Program-made: the position numbers and the translations under genes
Shown here: piece after piece, positions 175,601-184,033 of the stretch
How positions within the stretch are numbered: the stretch's first letter is position 1
How the letters are laid out: each line of letters opens with the position of its first letter
The notes under the pieces: generated by a model
What the model saw: only the letters and a program-made list of their open reading frames with translations
Databases searched by the model: none
Told to the model about the DNA's origin: nothing
Assembly: GCF_000737315.1 (NCBI RefSeq)
Contig: NZ_JMCB01000006.1
Coordinates: 764,001-1,012,000 of the forward strand
From: Hyalangium minutum
GTDB lineage: Bacteria > Myxococcota > Myxococcia > Myxococcales > Myxococcaceae
Reading direction: 5' to 3'
DNA: 248,000 nt

Positions 175601-178072
175601 GTGGTGTTCACGCCGGCACCGGGCTTCATGGGCACGACGACCTTCACGTACACGGTGTCCGACGGCCATGGCGGCACCGCCATCGTGATTGTCATCGTGA
175701 CCGTGGGCGGGGGCGACAGCGACGGCGATGGCCTGACCGACGTCGAGGAGGGCGAGCTGGGCACCAATCCGAACAACCCGGATACGGACGGCGACGGCCT
175801 CAATGACGGCCTCGAGAATGCGACGGGCACCAACCCGCTCGACGCGGACACGGACGACGACGGCATCACCGACGGCAACGAGGACAGCAACCACAACGGC
175901 ACCGTGGAAGCCAATGAGACCGATCCCCGCATCTTCGACACGGACGGCGACGGCCTGAGCGACGGCCTCGAGTCGGGCCTGGCTCAGCCCCAGAGCGAGG
176001 ACACGAATCTGGGCGTCTTCACGCCGGACGCCGATCCGTCCACTACGACCGATCCGCGCAACCCGGACACGGACGGCGACACGCTGAAGGACGGCACCGA
176101 GGACGCCAACCACAATGGTGCCGTGGGCGACACGGAGACGGATCCGAACGATCCCGACTCGGACCACGGTGGCCTGAACGACGGCGAGGAGGTCAACGCG
176201 GGCAGTGACCCGCTCGACTACACGGACGACCTGATCGTCGCGGGCCGCGGCTGCGCCTCCACGGGCTCGGGCACGCTGCTGCCGCTGGTGTTGCTGCTCG
176301 CCCTGCCGTTGCTGCGCCGCCGCCAGGCCCTCCGCGTCTCGGGGAAGGCCTGGGGGGTGTTGGGGCTGCTGGCCGCCGTGCTCGTCTCGGCTCCTGTCCG
176401 AGCCCAGTCCACCCCCGAGGCCTCTCAGGGCATCGACGTGCAGCAGTTCAAGCCGGGGCCGGGCTGGAAGGACGTGCTGGGCGTGCAGAGCGCCCAGGTG
176501 GGCCGGCACCTCGGCTGGAACGTGGGCTTGTCCTTCAACTACGCGAAGGACCCGCTCAACTTCCTGCGGCCGCGCACCGACGACTTCGTCTACGAGATCG
176601 TCAAGAACCAGTACACCTTCGACCTGATGGGCGCCGTCTCGCTGTTCGACCGGTTCGAGCTCGGCGTGGCGCTGCCCATCACCTCGCAGAGCTCGGCGTC
176701 CGCCGCCTCCGTGTCGCCGCTGCTCTCCGAAGGCATCGATGCCACGGGCGTGGGCGATCTGCGCTTGGTGCCGAAGGCGCGCCTGCTCTCGCTGGACAGT
176801 GGGGTGCACCTGGGCGTGACGGTGCCGGTGATCCTGCCCACCTCGGGGGGCAAGGAGTTCCTGGGCCGCAGCGGGGTGGCGTTCTTCCCGCGGCTGCTCG
176901 GCGAGTGGACCAGTGACGGGGGCACGCGCGTGCTGGCCAACGTGGGCATCAACGTCCAGCCCCAGGAGCGCTTCTACAACCTGAACGTCAGCAACGAGTT
177001 CGCCTACGGGCTCGGCACGGAGATTCCCTTCAACGTGGGCAAGCACCGGCTGGCCGCTGAGGCCACGCTGGTGGGCGCCCTGGGCATGAAGGAGTCGAAC
177101 ACCGAGGAGCGTCCGCTGGAACTGCTCGCGGCGATGAAGTACCGCTTCTCGGACGCGCTGGCGATGCACCTCGGTGGTGGCCCGGGCCTCACGCGCGGCT
177201 ACGGCACGCCGGGCTTCCGCGTGCTGGCGGGCGTCATCTGGACCGAGACGGAGAAGGCTGCTCCTGCCCGCGTCGAGCCGCCGCCTCCGCCGCCCGTGAA
177301 GGTGTGCCCGCAGGGCCCCGAGGACATGGACGGCTTCCAGGACAACGACGGCTGCAACGATCCGGACAACGACAACGACGGCATCCTGGACGGCAACGAC
177401 CGCTGCCCGAACGAGCCGGAGACGCAGAACGGCTTCGAGGACGCGGACGGCTGCCCGGACGAGCTGCCTCCGCCTCCGCCGGTGGACACGGACGGCGACG
177501 GCCTCACGGATGACAAGGATCGCTGCCCGCAGGCCGCCGAGGACAAGGACGGCTTCCAGGATGAGGACGGCTGCCCGGATCCGGACAACGACAAGGACGG
177601 CGTGCTGGACGCGGCGGACAAGTGCCCGACCGAGCCGGAGACCATCAACGGCGTCGCGGACGACGACGGCTGCCCGGACAAGGGCAAGGAGAAGGTCCGC
177701 ATCGAGGGTGGGAAGATCGTCATCCTCGACAAGGTGTACTTCGCCACGAACAAGGACGTGATCCTCGCCAAGTCGTTCCCGTTGCTGCAGCAGGTGGGCC
177801 AGGTGCTGCGCGCCAACCCGGAGATCCTGAAGGTGCGCGTGGAGGGCCACACCGACAGCCAAGGCAAGGACGAGGCCAACATGGATCTGTCGCAGCGCCG
177901 AGCCAACAGCGTGCGCAAGCGCCTCATCGAGCAGGAGGGCATTGCGCCCGAGCGGCTCGAGGCGGCGGGCTTCGGCGAGACGCGGCCGGTGGATACCAAC
178001 GAGACGGCCAAGGGCCGCGAGAACAACCGCCGCGTGGAGTTCATCATCCTCGAGACGGCGGAGACGCCCTGA
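169631..178072 (+). CDS. Giant adhesin: 2 DUF11 + ~18 cadherin-like Ig repeats + TSP3 + internal MYXO-CTERM + beta-barrel + OmpA
   Basis: Lipobox LLAC, VNDPPTA repeats, D-x-D-G repeats, EGHTD, NRRVEF; ORF track starts at 169355. Confidence 0.88.
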   Translation: MNHSIRSKLSKWAVLFAGALLLACSTEPASAKGAAGPLGAAVTSLVADVPTDLAVTVTDGVTTVAPGSNVTYTIVVTNNGPNTVSGATLTDNFPAALMGVSWTCAPAAACGTTSGTGNIAVVLQSLGVGSSATFTVTATVNPAATGTTMTNTAVVALPTGFTDPVPANNSASDTDTFNRRADLSLTLTDAPDPVQASATLTYTLTVNNAGPSNAATTTVTLTLPSGATYVSGTGTGWTCTLSGSTVTCTRASAATGASPAITVLVTAPNTTGTIVATASVSSSTTDPVTGNNSTLATTTVNRVNNPPTANNDTLTVAEDNPATVVNVLNNDTSAPDVGETLTVISVTQPATGGTVTLSSGVVRFTPAPNFNGTTSFTYTISDGNGGFATATVNVTVTPVNDPPTANNDTLTVAEDSGATVVDVLANDTIFPDVGETLTVVSVTQPTTGGTVSLVGGVVSFTPAPNFNGTTSFTYTISDGALMATATVSVTVTPVNDPPTANDDTLTVAEDSGTTVVNVLANDSIFPDVGETLTVTAVTQPTTGGTVSLNGGVVRFTPAPDFNGTVTFTYTISDGALTSTATVTVTVTPVNDAPTANNDTLTVAEDSGATVVNVLANDSSAPDTGETLTIDSVTQPTTGGTVTLSNGTVSFTPAPDFSGTTSFTYTISDGNGGFATATVNVTVTPVNDPPTANDDTLTVAEDSGATVVNVLVNDTSAPDVGETLTVVSVTQPATGGTVTLSSGVVTFTPAPNFNGTTSFNYTITDGNGGTDTATVNVTVTPVNDPPTANNDTLTVAEDSGATVVDVLANDTFAPDVGETLTVTAVTQPATGGTVDLTNGTVTFTPAPDFNGTVTFSYTVSDGNGGTATATVSVTVTAVNDPPTAVDDAFTVPRNSTNNVLNVLANDTIFPDVGETLTVTAVTQPASGTVTLTGGVVSYTPLAAFIGDVTFSYTVSDGTLTATATVTVTVFGTNIPPTANNDSLTVAEDSGPTVVDVLANDTIAPDVGETLTVTAVTQPTSGGTVTLVGGVVSFTPAADFFGTVTFTYTVSDGSGGTDIATVTVTVTPVNDPPKANDDTLTVAEDSGATVVNVLANDLFSPDTGETLTVTAVTQPTSGGTVTLAGGVVSFTPAADFNGTVTFTYTISDGNGGTATATVTVTVTPVNDPPTANNDALTVAEDSGATVVDVLANDTFAPDMGETLTVTAVTQPTTGGSVTLSGGTVSFTPALNFTGTTTFTYTISDGNGGTATATVTVTVTPVNDPPDAVNDAITVGEDSTATVVNVLANDTSAPDVGETLTVVSVTQPATGGTVTLSSGTVIFTPAPDYFGTTTFTYTISDGNGGTDTATVTVTVTPVNDPPTAANDTLTVAEDSGATVVDVLGNDSSAPDVGETLTVTAVTQPVSGGTVTLVGGVVSFTPAPNFNGTVTFSYTLSDDNGGTATATVTVTVTPVNDPPDAVNDAITVGEDSGATVVNVLANDSSAPDTGETLTVTAVTQPATGGTVTLSSGTVIFTPEPDFNGTATFTYTISDGNGGTATATVTVTVTPVNDPPTAVNDTFTVAEDSPGTVLDVLSNDTFAPDVGETLTVTAVTQPATGGTVTLSNGTVIFTPAPDFVGTTTFTYTISDGNGGTSTATVTVVATGVNDPPTANNDALTVAEDSGPNPLDVLVNDSIFPDVGETLTVTAVTQPATGGTVTLSNGTVIFTPAPDFNGTVTFTYTVSDGNGGTATATVTVTVTPVNDPPTAVNDSFTVAEDSSGNVLDVLANDSIAPDTGETLTVTAVTQPSSGGTVTLSNGTVTFTPAPDFNGTVTFSYTVSDGNGDTATATVTVTVTPVSDPPIAVNDTFSVAEDSDPTVLDVLANDASPDPGETLTVTAVTQPTSGGTVALTNGQVIFTPDPNFNGTVTFTYTVSDGTSTSTATVTVNVTPTNDPPTGMPDTYSVPVNSGATTFDVLANDSSAPDTGETLTVTAVTQPTSSGGTVTVAPNGSGVVFTPAPGFMGTTTFTYTVSDGHGGTAIVIVIVTVGGGDSDGDGLTDVEEGELGTNPNNPDTDGDGLNDGLENATGTNPLDADTDDDGITDGNEDSNHNGTVEANETDPRIFDTDGDGLSDGLESGLAQPQSEDTNLGVFTPDADPSTTTDPRNPDTDGDTLKDGTEDANHNGAVGDTETDPNDPDSDHGGLNDGEEVNAGSDPLDYTDDLIVAGRGCASTGSGTLLPLVLLLALPLLRRRQALRVSGKAWGVLGLLAAVLVSAPVRAQSTPEASQGIDVQQFKPGPGWKDVLGVQSAQVGRHLGWNVGLSFNYAKDPLNFLRPRTDDFVYEIVKNQYTFDLMGAVSLFDRFELGVALPITSQSSASAASVSPLLSEGIDATGVGDLRLVPKARLLSLDSGVHLGVTVPVILPTSGGKEFLGRSGVAFFPRLLGEWTSDGGTRVLANVGINVQPQERFYNLNVSNEFAYGLGTEIPFNVGKHRLAAEATLVGALGMKESNTEERPLELLAAMKYRFSDALAMHLGGGPGLTRGYGTPGFRVLAGVIWTETEKAAPARVEPPPPPPVKVCPQGPEDMDGFQDNDGCNDPDNDNDGILDGNDRCPNEPETQNGFEDADGCPDELPPPPPVDTDGDGLTDDKDRCPQAAEDKDGFQDEDGCPDPDNDKDGVLDAADKCPTEPETINGVADDDGCPDKGKEKVRIEGGKIVILDKVYFATNKDVILAKSFPLLQQVGQVLRANPEILKVRVEGHTDSQGKDEANMDLSQRRANSVRKRLIEQEGIAPERLEAAGFGETRPVDTNETAKGRENNRRVEFIILETAETP
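170530..175720 (+). repeat. About 18 tandem ~290 bp coding repeats
   Basis: Recurrent GTGAACGA(C/T)CCGCC units. Confidence 0.85.
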
Positions 178073-178414
178073 TCAACCCAAGTCCGTAGGCAGGTTCCCA
178101 AGGCCCGTCCTGGTGCTTCAGCCAGGGCGGGCCTTCCTGTTCCCGTAGGACTTGGGGGCGATGAAGTGATGACCAGCCAACGTCCCGAAGGGTGGAGCCC
178201 GGGCCTCGCGTTGAGCAGTGCACAGCGTCATCCCCTTACAAGCGTCCTGAATTCGCACCCTTACGCACAGGGCCTACGCGCTCCCGGTAGGGAGGACTCT
178301 GTCTGACCCAGCGCGTCGCGGAGGTGCCTCCCCTCTGGGCGGCCCTTCGGGGCAAGATACCGGCGAGGCCACGGCGGTCAGCCTCGACCACCTCAGCGCG
178401 AAGAGAGGTATCTG

Positions 178415-178870
178415 ATGGCACGCTCCCGGGGAGTCACCATCCTGATGGCTGACGATGACGTGGATGATCGGGATCTCACCCGTGATGCCATGCAGCAGAA
178501 TCACCTCGATGGCGAGCTGAAGTGGGTCGAGGACGGCGAGGAGCTGCTCGACTACCTGAACCGCCGGGGACGCTTCAGTGATCCGAGTGCCGCGCCGCGC
178601 CCCGGGATCATCCTGCTGGATCTGAATATGCCGCGCCTGGATGGCCGCGAGGCCCTGCGCGAGATCAAAGCCCATCCGGAGCTGCGCCGCATTCCCATCA
178701 TCGTCCTGAGCACCTCCAGCGCGGAGGAGGACGTACAGCGCAGCTACGAGCTGGGAGCCAACTGCTTCATCACCAAGCCCGGCACATTCGACCGGCTGGT
178801 CGAAGTCATCCGGGTCCTCGGCGAGCACTGGCTGCAGACAGCCACGCTCCCCCGGACGAGCCCTGCATGA
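178415..178870 (+). CDS. Response regulator (Rcp1-like)
   Basis: ILLDLNMP, YELGANCFITKP. Confidence 0.9.
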   Translation: MARSRGVTILMADDDVDDRDLTRDAMQQNHLDGELKWVEDGEELLDYLNRRGRFSDPSAAPRPGIILLDLNMPRLDGREALREIKAHPELRRIPIIVLSTSSAEEDVQRSYELGANCFITKPGTFDRLVEVIRVLGEHWLQTATLPRTSPA

Positions 178871-180816
178871 GCTCGGAGGGAGCGCCGGGCCCCCTGCGCA
178901 TCCTCCTTGTCGAGGACGACCCCGACGACTTCATCTTGGTCCGGGATGCGCTGCGGGAGCTGGGCGACCAACGGCTGGTGCTCGACTGGGTGGAGGATGC
179001 GGACGAGGCCATCGCGGCCATGGCCTCGGGACACCATGATGTGTGCCTGCTGGACTACCGGCTCGGCGCCATCACCGGCCTGGAGCTGATGAGGCAGGCG
179101 CGAAGGCGAGGGGCCCGGCTGCCCGTCATCCTGCTCACGGGGCAGTCGGACACGGAGGTCGACCGGCAGGCCCAGGAGGCCGGGGCCGCGGACTTCGTGG
179201 TGAAGGCGCAGATGACGCCGGTGCTGCTGGAGCGCTCCATCCGCTACTCGGTGCAGCACGCCCGCACGCTGGAGGCGCTCCGCCGCTCCCGGGCGAGCTT
179301 CCGCGAGCTCATCGAGCGGCTGCCGGATGGCGTGTGCGTGATTCACGGCACGAGCATCACCTACGTCAACCCAGCGCTGTTCACCCTGCTGGGGTGTGCC
179401 TCGCCCAACGAGCTGCTGGGGCTGGAGGTACAGGAGCTGGCGGCGCGCTTCCTCCATGAGGAGGATCGAGAGCAGGTGCTGCGCGAGTTCGAGGCTCCCT
179501 TGGAGGGAGGGGGGCAGGAGCCCTTCCGGGAGGTCCGCCTGGTGCGGGCCTCGGGCGAGAGCATCCCAGCGGAGCTGGCGCGGTTCCCCGTGGTGTTCGA
179601 GGGCCAGCCCTGCACCATGTACATCGCGAGGGACCTGACCGAGCGCAAGCGGATGCAGTCGCAGTTGGTGCTGAGCGATCGCATGGCCTCGCTGGGCATG
179701 GTGGCGGGGATGATCGCCCACGACATCAACAACCCGCTGGCCTACGTGCTGGCCAACCTCCACATCCTGGAGGGAGACGTGCTGCCGCGCTTGAGCGTGA
179801 CGGCCTCCGAGCGCGAGGAGTTGCAGGCGCTGGTGGCGGATGCGCAGCTCGGCGCGGCGCGGGCACGGGAGATCGTCCAGCAGTTCCGGATCTTCTCGCG
179901 AGGGGACAAGGAGCCGCGGCGGCAGATTCTGGAGGTGCACCAGGTCATCGAGTCCGCGCTGCGCATGGCGGGCAATGAGATTCGCTACCGCGCGCGGCTG
180001 GTCCGGGACTACGGGGACCCCGTCCGGGTCGAGGCCCGCGAGGTGGAGCTGGGACAGGTGCTGCTGAACCTGCTGGTCAACGCGGCCCAGGCCATCCCCG
180101 AGGGAGACGCGGAGCGCCACGAGATCCGCGTCGTCACCCGGCAGCGAGGCGAGGAAGCGGTGATCGAGGTCCGCGACACGGGCGTGGGCATCCCCGCGGA
180201 TCGGATCGAGCGGGTGTTCGAGCCGTTCTTCACCACGAAGCCCAGCGGCATCGGCACGGGGCTGGGGCTGCCCATCTGCCGGAGCATCATCCAGTCCCTG
180301 GGCGGGCGGCTGGAGCTGGAGAGCGTGGTGGGCCGAGGCAGCATCCTCCGCATCGTCCTTCCCGCCGTGGCGCCTCCGAGCATCGTGGCGCTCCCGCAGC
180401 CCGCGAGGGAGCTGCCCTCGAGCCCATCGCGGCGGGGACGCATCCTCATCGTGGATGACGAGCCGCTGGTGAGCCAGGCCATCCGCCGCTCGCTGCAGCG
180501 AGAGCACGAGGTGGTGGTGCTGACGAGCGCCCGCGAAGCCCATGCCCGGCTGACGGGCGGGGAGCAGTTCGACGTCATCCTCTGCGACATCATGATGCCG
180601 GAGATGAGCGGCATCGACTTGTACGAGGAGCTGGCGCGCGTGGGGCCCGCGCTCTCCGAGCGGATGGTGTTCCTGACGGGTGGTGCCTTCACGCCTCGGG
180701 CCCGGGAGTTCCTTGGGCAGATCAAGAACCCCTGCTTGGAGAAGCCGTTCAACCCGAGGGATCTCCAGGAGCTGGTGCGCACCCTGCTGGCCGAGGACGC
180801 CGCCTCGCGGGCCTGA
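178867..180816 (+). CDS. REC-PAS-HK-REC hybrid kinase
   Basis: AHDINNPL, GTGLGL, two REC domains. Confidence 0.9.
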   Translation: MSSEGAPGPLRILLVEDDPDDFILVRDALRELGDQRLVLDWVEDADEAIAAMASGHHDVCLLDYRLGAITGLELMRQARRRGARLPVILLTGQSDTEVDRQAQEAGAADFVVKAQMTPVLLERSIRYSVQHARTLEALRRSRASFRELIERLPDGVCVIHGTSITYVNPALFTLLGCASPNELLGLEVQELAARFLHEEDREQVLREFEAPLEGGGQEPFREVRLVRASGESIPAELARFPVVFEGQPCTMYIARDLTERKRMQSQLVLSDRMASLGMVAGMIAHDINNPLAYVLANLHILEGDVLPRLSVTASEREELQALVADAQLGAARAREIVQQFRIFSRGDKEPRRQILEVHQVIESALRMAGNEIRYRARLVRDYGDPVRVEAREVELGQVLLNLLVNAAQAIPEGDAERHEIRVVTRQRGEEAVIEVRDTGVGIPADRIERVFEPFFTTKPSGIGTGLGLPICRSIIQSLGGRLELESVVGRGSILRIVLPAVAPPSIVALPQPARELPSSPSRRGRILIVDDEPLVSQAIRRSLQREHEVVVLTSAREAHARLTGGEQFDVILCDIMMPEMSGIDLYEELARVGPALSERMVFLTGGAFTPRAREFLGQIKNPCLEKPFNPRDLQELVRTLLAEDAASRA

Positions 180817-181018
180817 GGTGCCGCGCCTCCAGGCTCCACGTGTAGGGAGAAGTGTTGGGTGTTTCGGGAGTGAACGCTCGTCGGGACGCATTGAATAACT
180901 CCGTCGCGGCTGCGTCGGTGGACTTGGTAGGTCCCGGTGCGGGATGGGCGATGGGCGGGTCCGAAGGCCGTTGGGTGGGACCGATAGCTCCTCATCTCTC
181001 TGAAGGCGGGCCTCTCAC

Positions 181019-183469
181019 ATGCTGAAGCAACGGTTGCTGGCGCTTGCGCTCACGGGTGCACTCACGGGCTGTATCGTCGAGCCCTCTCCGGAAGACCCCT
181101 TCGATCCCAACTTTCCGGACGGCCCCAGCACGATGATGCCGGACCTGGAGATCGAGTCGGTGACAGGTCCCTCCCAGCTGGGCCCGAACTCTCAGGACTT
181201 TCTGCGCGCGCGGCTGTGCAACCGGGGCGGCAGCTTCGCGATCACCGACGTGTCCTTCTTCCTCTCCAAGGACAAGGTGTTGGATCCGCTGGACAGGCGG
181301 GTGGGCACCAGCGGGCAGGCGACGGTGGAGGCGGGCGCCTGCCAAGAAGTGATGGCGCAAGTGAAGATGCAGGGAGTGGATCAGGACGGCTACTACCTGT
181401 TCGCCGTGGCGGATCCGAACGACTGGACCCTGGAGTCGTCGGAGACCAACAACGAGCGCATGGGGGCCAAGCTCTGGGTGGACCGGAACGTGCCCCCCGT
181501 GCCGACGCTCTCGTGGTTGACGGGCAACGGGCAGCCGAAGCTGCTGGCCTCTTCGGAGTTGGGCGTCTCGATTCGTGTCTACCAGGGCAGCACCTGCTCG
181601 GGCGAGCCGGTGGTGAACGGCTACCCCAGCGAGAATGGGTACTGTGAGATGCCCATCGACATCTCCTCGTACCCGGCCGCGAGCTACTCGGCGCGGGCGT
181701 ACGACTCCGTGGGGAACGCCTCGGGGTGCGGCTCCATCCAGGCGCCCTCGGGGTACGGCTACGACGTCACTCCGCCCGCGCCTCCGGTCGTCACCCAGGC
181801 GAACTGGAGCTACGGCACCACGCAGCACGCGCTGACCGTGAAGGGCACCACGGAGGCAGGGGCCGAGGTGGGCGTGTTCGTGGACGTGGCCTGCACGGGC
181901 ATCCCGGCGGCCACGGTGTTTGCGAGCTCCTCGGGGGCGTTCACGGCGGAGCTGACCGTGGCGGCTCAGTCGGGAGGCAGCATCCGCCGGGTGTACGTGG
182001 CCGCGCGGGATGCGGCCTACAACGAGTCCTCGTGCGTGGAGGGTCCCCGGTACGAGACGCCGTGCCAGACGGGCTACGCCAACTGCGATGGGAACCCGGC
182101 CAACGGCTGTGAGGCCATCCTCACGGAGGACGAGGCGAACTGCGGCGCGTGCGGCACCACCTGCCAGGGCTCCGGCAACGCCACGGGGGTGTGCATGTCG
182201 GGGACGTGCGGCGTGGCGTGCCCGGTGGGCCGCTACGACTGCGACGGGAACCTGTCCAACGGCTGCGAGTCCACCTACGCGTGCAGCCCCTCGGCGTGCA
182301 CAATCAACGCCTCGGCGGAGCTGGCCATCACGGCGCTGTCGGTGGTGGAGGATCCGGTGCGGACGGCGCCGGGTGGGGCGTGGCACTTCGGCACGCTGAT
182401 GCGGGCCATGGCGGGGGATCAGGATCCCTCCACGCTGGTGCGCAACTGGCTGAAGACGTGGGCCACGGCGCAGACGATCAACGGGCTCACGGTGCCGGCG
182501 CGCACGCAGATGCTGACGAAGGTGCTGACGCCGTGGGAGCAGAAGAGCGGCGGGGCGAGCCGCCCGCTGGACTTCAGCAAGGCGCCGTTCCGGCTGCTGG
182601 CCATCATGAACCGCATGGACCTGCGCAACCCGGGAGCGCAGGCGGGAGAGGGCCGCTTCGTGTTCGGCGTGCTGGACAGCTCGGGCAACCCGCTGGAGTT
182701 CACGATCATCTTCGAGTACGCGCTGCCGGGCGGCACGCCGGAGGCCATCCAGGGCTGGGCTCGGGGCTGGCATGAGCTGGGGCAGCTGGGGCTGAGCCAC
182801 CCGGACTACAAGACGAAGCTGCAGGCGCTGACGGATCGCTTCGCGAAGTCGGGGGTGATGGCGGGCCGGCCGTTCGGCAACGCGCTCAACCAGATCCGGA
182901 CCAACGAGGTGGATCTGGCCGATCCGTGGGAGATGCGTGAGTTCAACCTGACGACGGCGGGCCTGCAGCCGGCCACGGTGAAGCTGACGCCGGCCTTCAG
183001 CTTCAACAACACGGGCGCGCTGGGCGACTTCCTGCGGGCCAACCAGGCGGACATCCTCGCCGAGCGGCACACGGTGCCGACGACCCTCGGGAGCCAGCGG
183101 TTCCTGGCGGGCTCGGCGATTGTGCCCGAGGACTTCTTCTGGCGGGCGCCGAGCGTGGCGGCCGAGGTGCGGCACAAGTTCTCGGTGAACACGTGCAGCG
183201 GGTGCCACGCGGGGGAGACGGCCACGGACTTCGTGCACGTGGCTCCGCGGCGGGCAGGGCAGACCGCGGCGCTGTCGGCATTCCTCCGGGGTGGGACGGT
183301 GGTGGATCCGGTGTCGGGGACGTCACGGTCCTTCAATGACCTGGCCCGCCGCTCGGAGGACCTGGCGACCCTGGTGTGCGGCACGGCGGGGACGCAGAGC
183401 CTGAAGGATGTGGAGACGTTCGGCGGCTTCCCGGCGCCCTCCAACCTGCCCCGCGCCCGCGTGCACTGA
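181019..183469 (+). CDS. CARDB/Ig-domain lipoprotein with Cys-rich repeats and a heme-c motif
   Basis: Lipobox LTGC, CDGNPANGCE, CSGCH. Confidence 0.7.
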   Translation: MLKQRLLALALTGALTGCIVEPSPEDPFDPNFPDGPSTMMPDLEIESVTGPSQLGPNSQDFLRARLCNRGGSFAITDVSFFLSKDKVLDPLDRRVGTSGQATVEAGACQEVMAQVKMQGVDQDGYYLFAVADPNDWTLESSETNNERMGAKLWVDRNVPPVPTLSWLTGNGQPKLLASSELGVSIRVYQGSTCSGEPVVNGYPSENGYCEMPIDISSYPAASYSARAYDSVGNASGCGSIQAPSGYGYDVTPPAPPVVTQANWSYGTTQHALTVKGTTEAGAEVGVFVDVACTGIPAATVFASSSGAFTAELTVAAQSGGSIRRVYVAARDAAYNESSCVEGPRYETPCQTGYANCDGNPANGCEAILTEDEANCGACGTTCQGSGNATGVCMSGTCGVACPVGRYDCDGNLSNGCESTYACSPSACTINASAELAITALSVVEDPVRTAPGGAWHFGTLMRAMAGDQDPSTLVRNWLKTWATAQTINGLTVPARTQMLTKVLTPWEQKSGGASRPLDFSKAPFRLLAIMNRMDLRNPGAQAGEGRFVFGVLDSSGNPLEFTIIFEYALPGGTPEAIQGWARGWHELGQLGLSHPDYKTKLQALTDRFAKSGVMAGRPFGNALNQIRTNEVDLADPWEMREFNLTTAGLQPATVKLTPAFSFNNTGALGDFLRANQADILAERHTVPTTLGSQRFLAGSAIVPEDFFWRAPSVAAEVRHKFSVNTCSGCHAGETATDFVHVAPRRAGQTAALSAFLRGGTVVDPVSGTSRSFNDLARRSEDLATLVCGTAGTQSLKDVETFGGFPAPSNLPRARVH

Positions 183470-183537
183470 CGCGGCGGGGACGTGGGAGCCGCTCGCTCTG
183501 TCAGGGCGGGCGGCTCTCTGCTTGCGGGAGACCTGAG

Positions 183538-183954
183538 CTACACCTGGGTCTTCACCACGTCCTTGATGCCGCTGGTGGCCTTCTCGACCACCTTGCTCGT
183601 CAGGTCCAACTCCAGCGTGTACTTGTACATGGACGCCTGCAGCGACAGCAGCTCCGCGTTCGAGAACGACTTGCCCGACACGCCCGCGCTGATCAGCGCG
183701 TCCAGGCGCGCCTGTCCCTGCTCCAGGTCGCTCACCACGCCGGACACCAGGTTCAGAGTGGTGCGCTCCGGCTTCGCGACGCTCTCCACCGGGCTCACGG
183801 ACTCCGCAACGGGTACCGGCTGCGCCTTCCCGGCCTTGTCCGCGAGCACCGCGTCAAACTTCGACTCGCCCGACTTGCTCACCTGGGGCGCTGCCTGATC
183901 CGGAAGTTGCTGCATCCGCTGCGTGGCCGCGATTCCCATCATCGGATCCGTCAT
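183538..183954 (-). CDS. Type III secretion inner-rod-like protein (SctI-like), orphan
   Basis: SKFDAVL..ELLSLQASMYKYTLELDLTSKVVEKATSGIKDVVKTQV. Confidence 0.6.
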   Translation of the reverse strand: MTDPMMGIAATQRMQQLPDQAAPQVSKSGESKFDAVLADKAGKAQPVPVAESVSPVESVAKPERTTLNLVSGVVSDLEQGQARLDALISAGVSGKSFSNAELLSLQASMYKYTLELDLTSKVVEKATSGIKDVVKTQV

Positions 183955-184033
183955 GGCTCTGGCTCCCGCGAAGTGTTGACTCGGTGCCAGTATCCCCTCA
184001 ATGGCTGACACCCAAGGGCGATACACTGAGGGC

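Noticed and set aside
175730-176230. Asp-rich GACACGGACGGCGAC repeats as a non-coding array
   Set aside because: They are coding calcium-binding D-x-D-x-D-G repeats in the adhesin frame.
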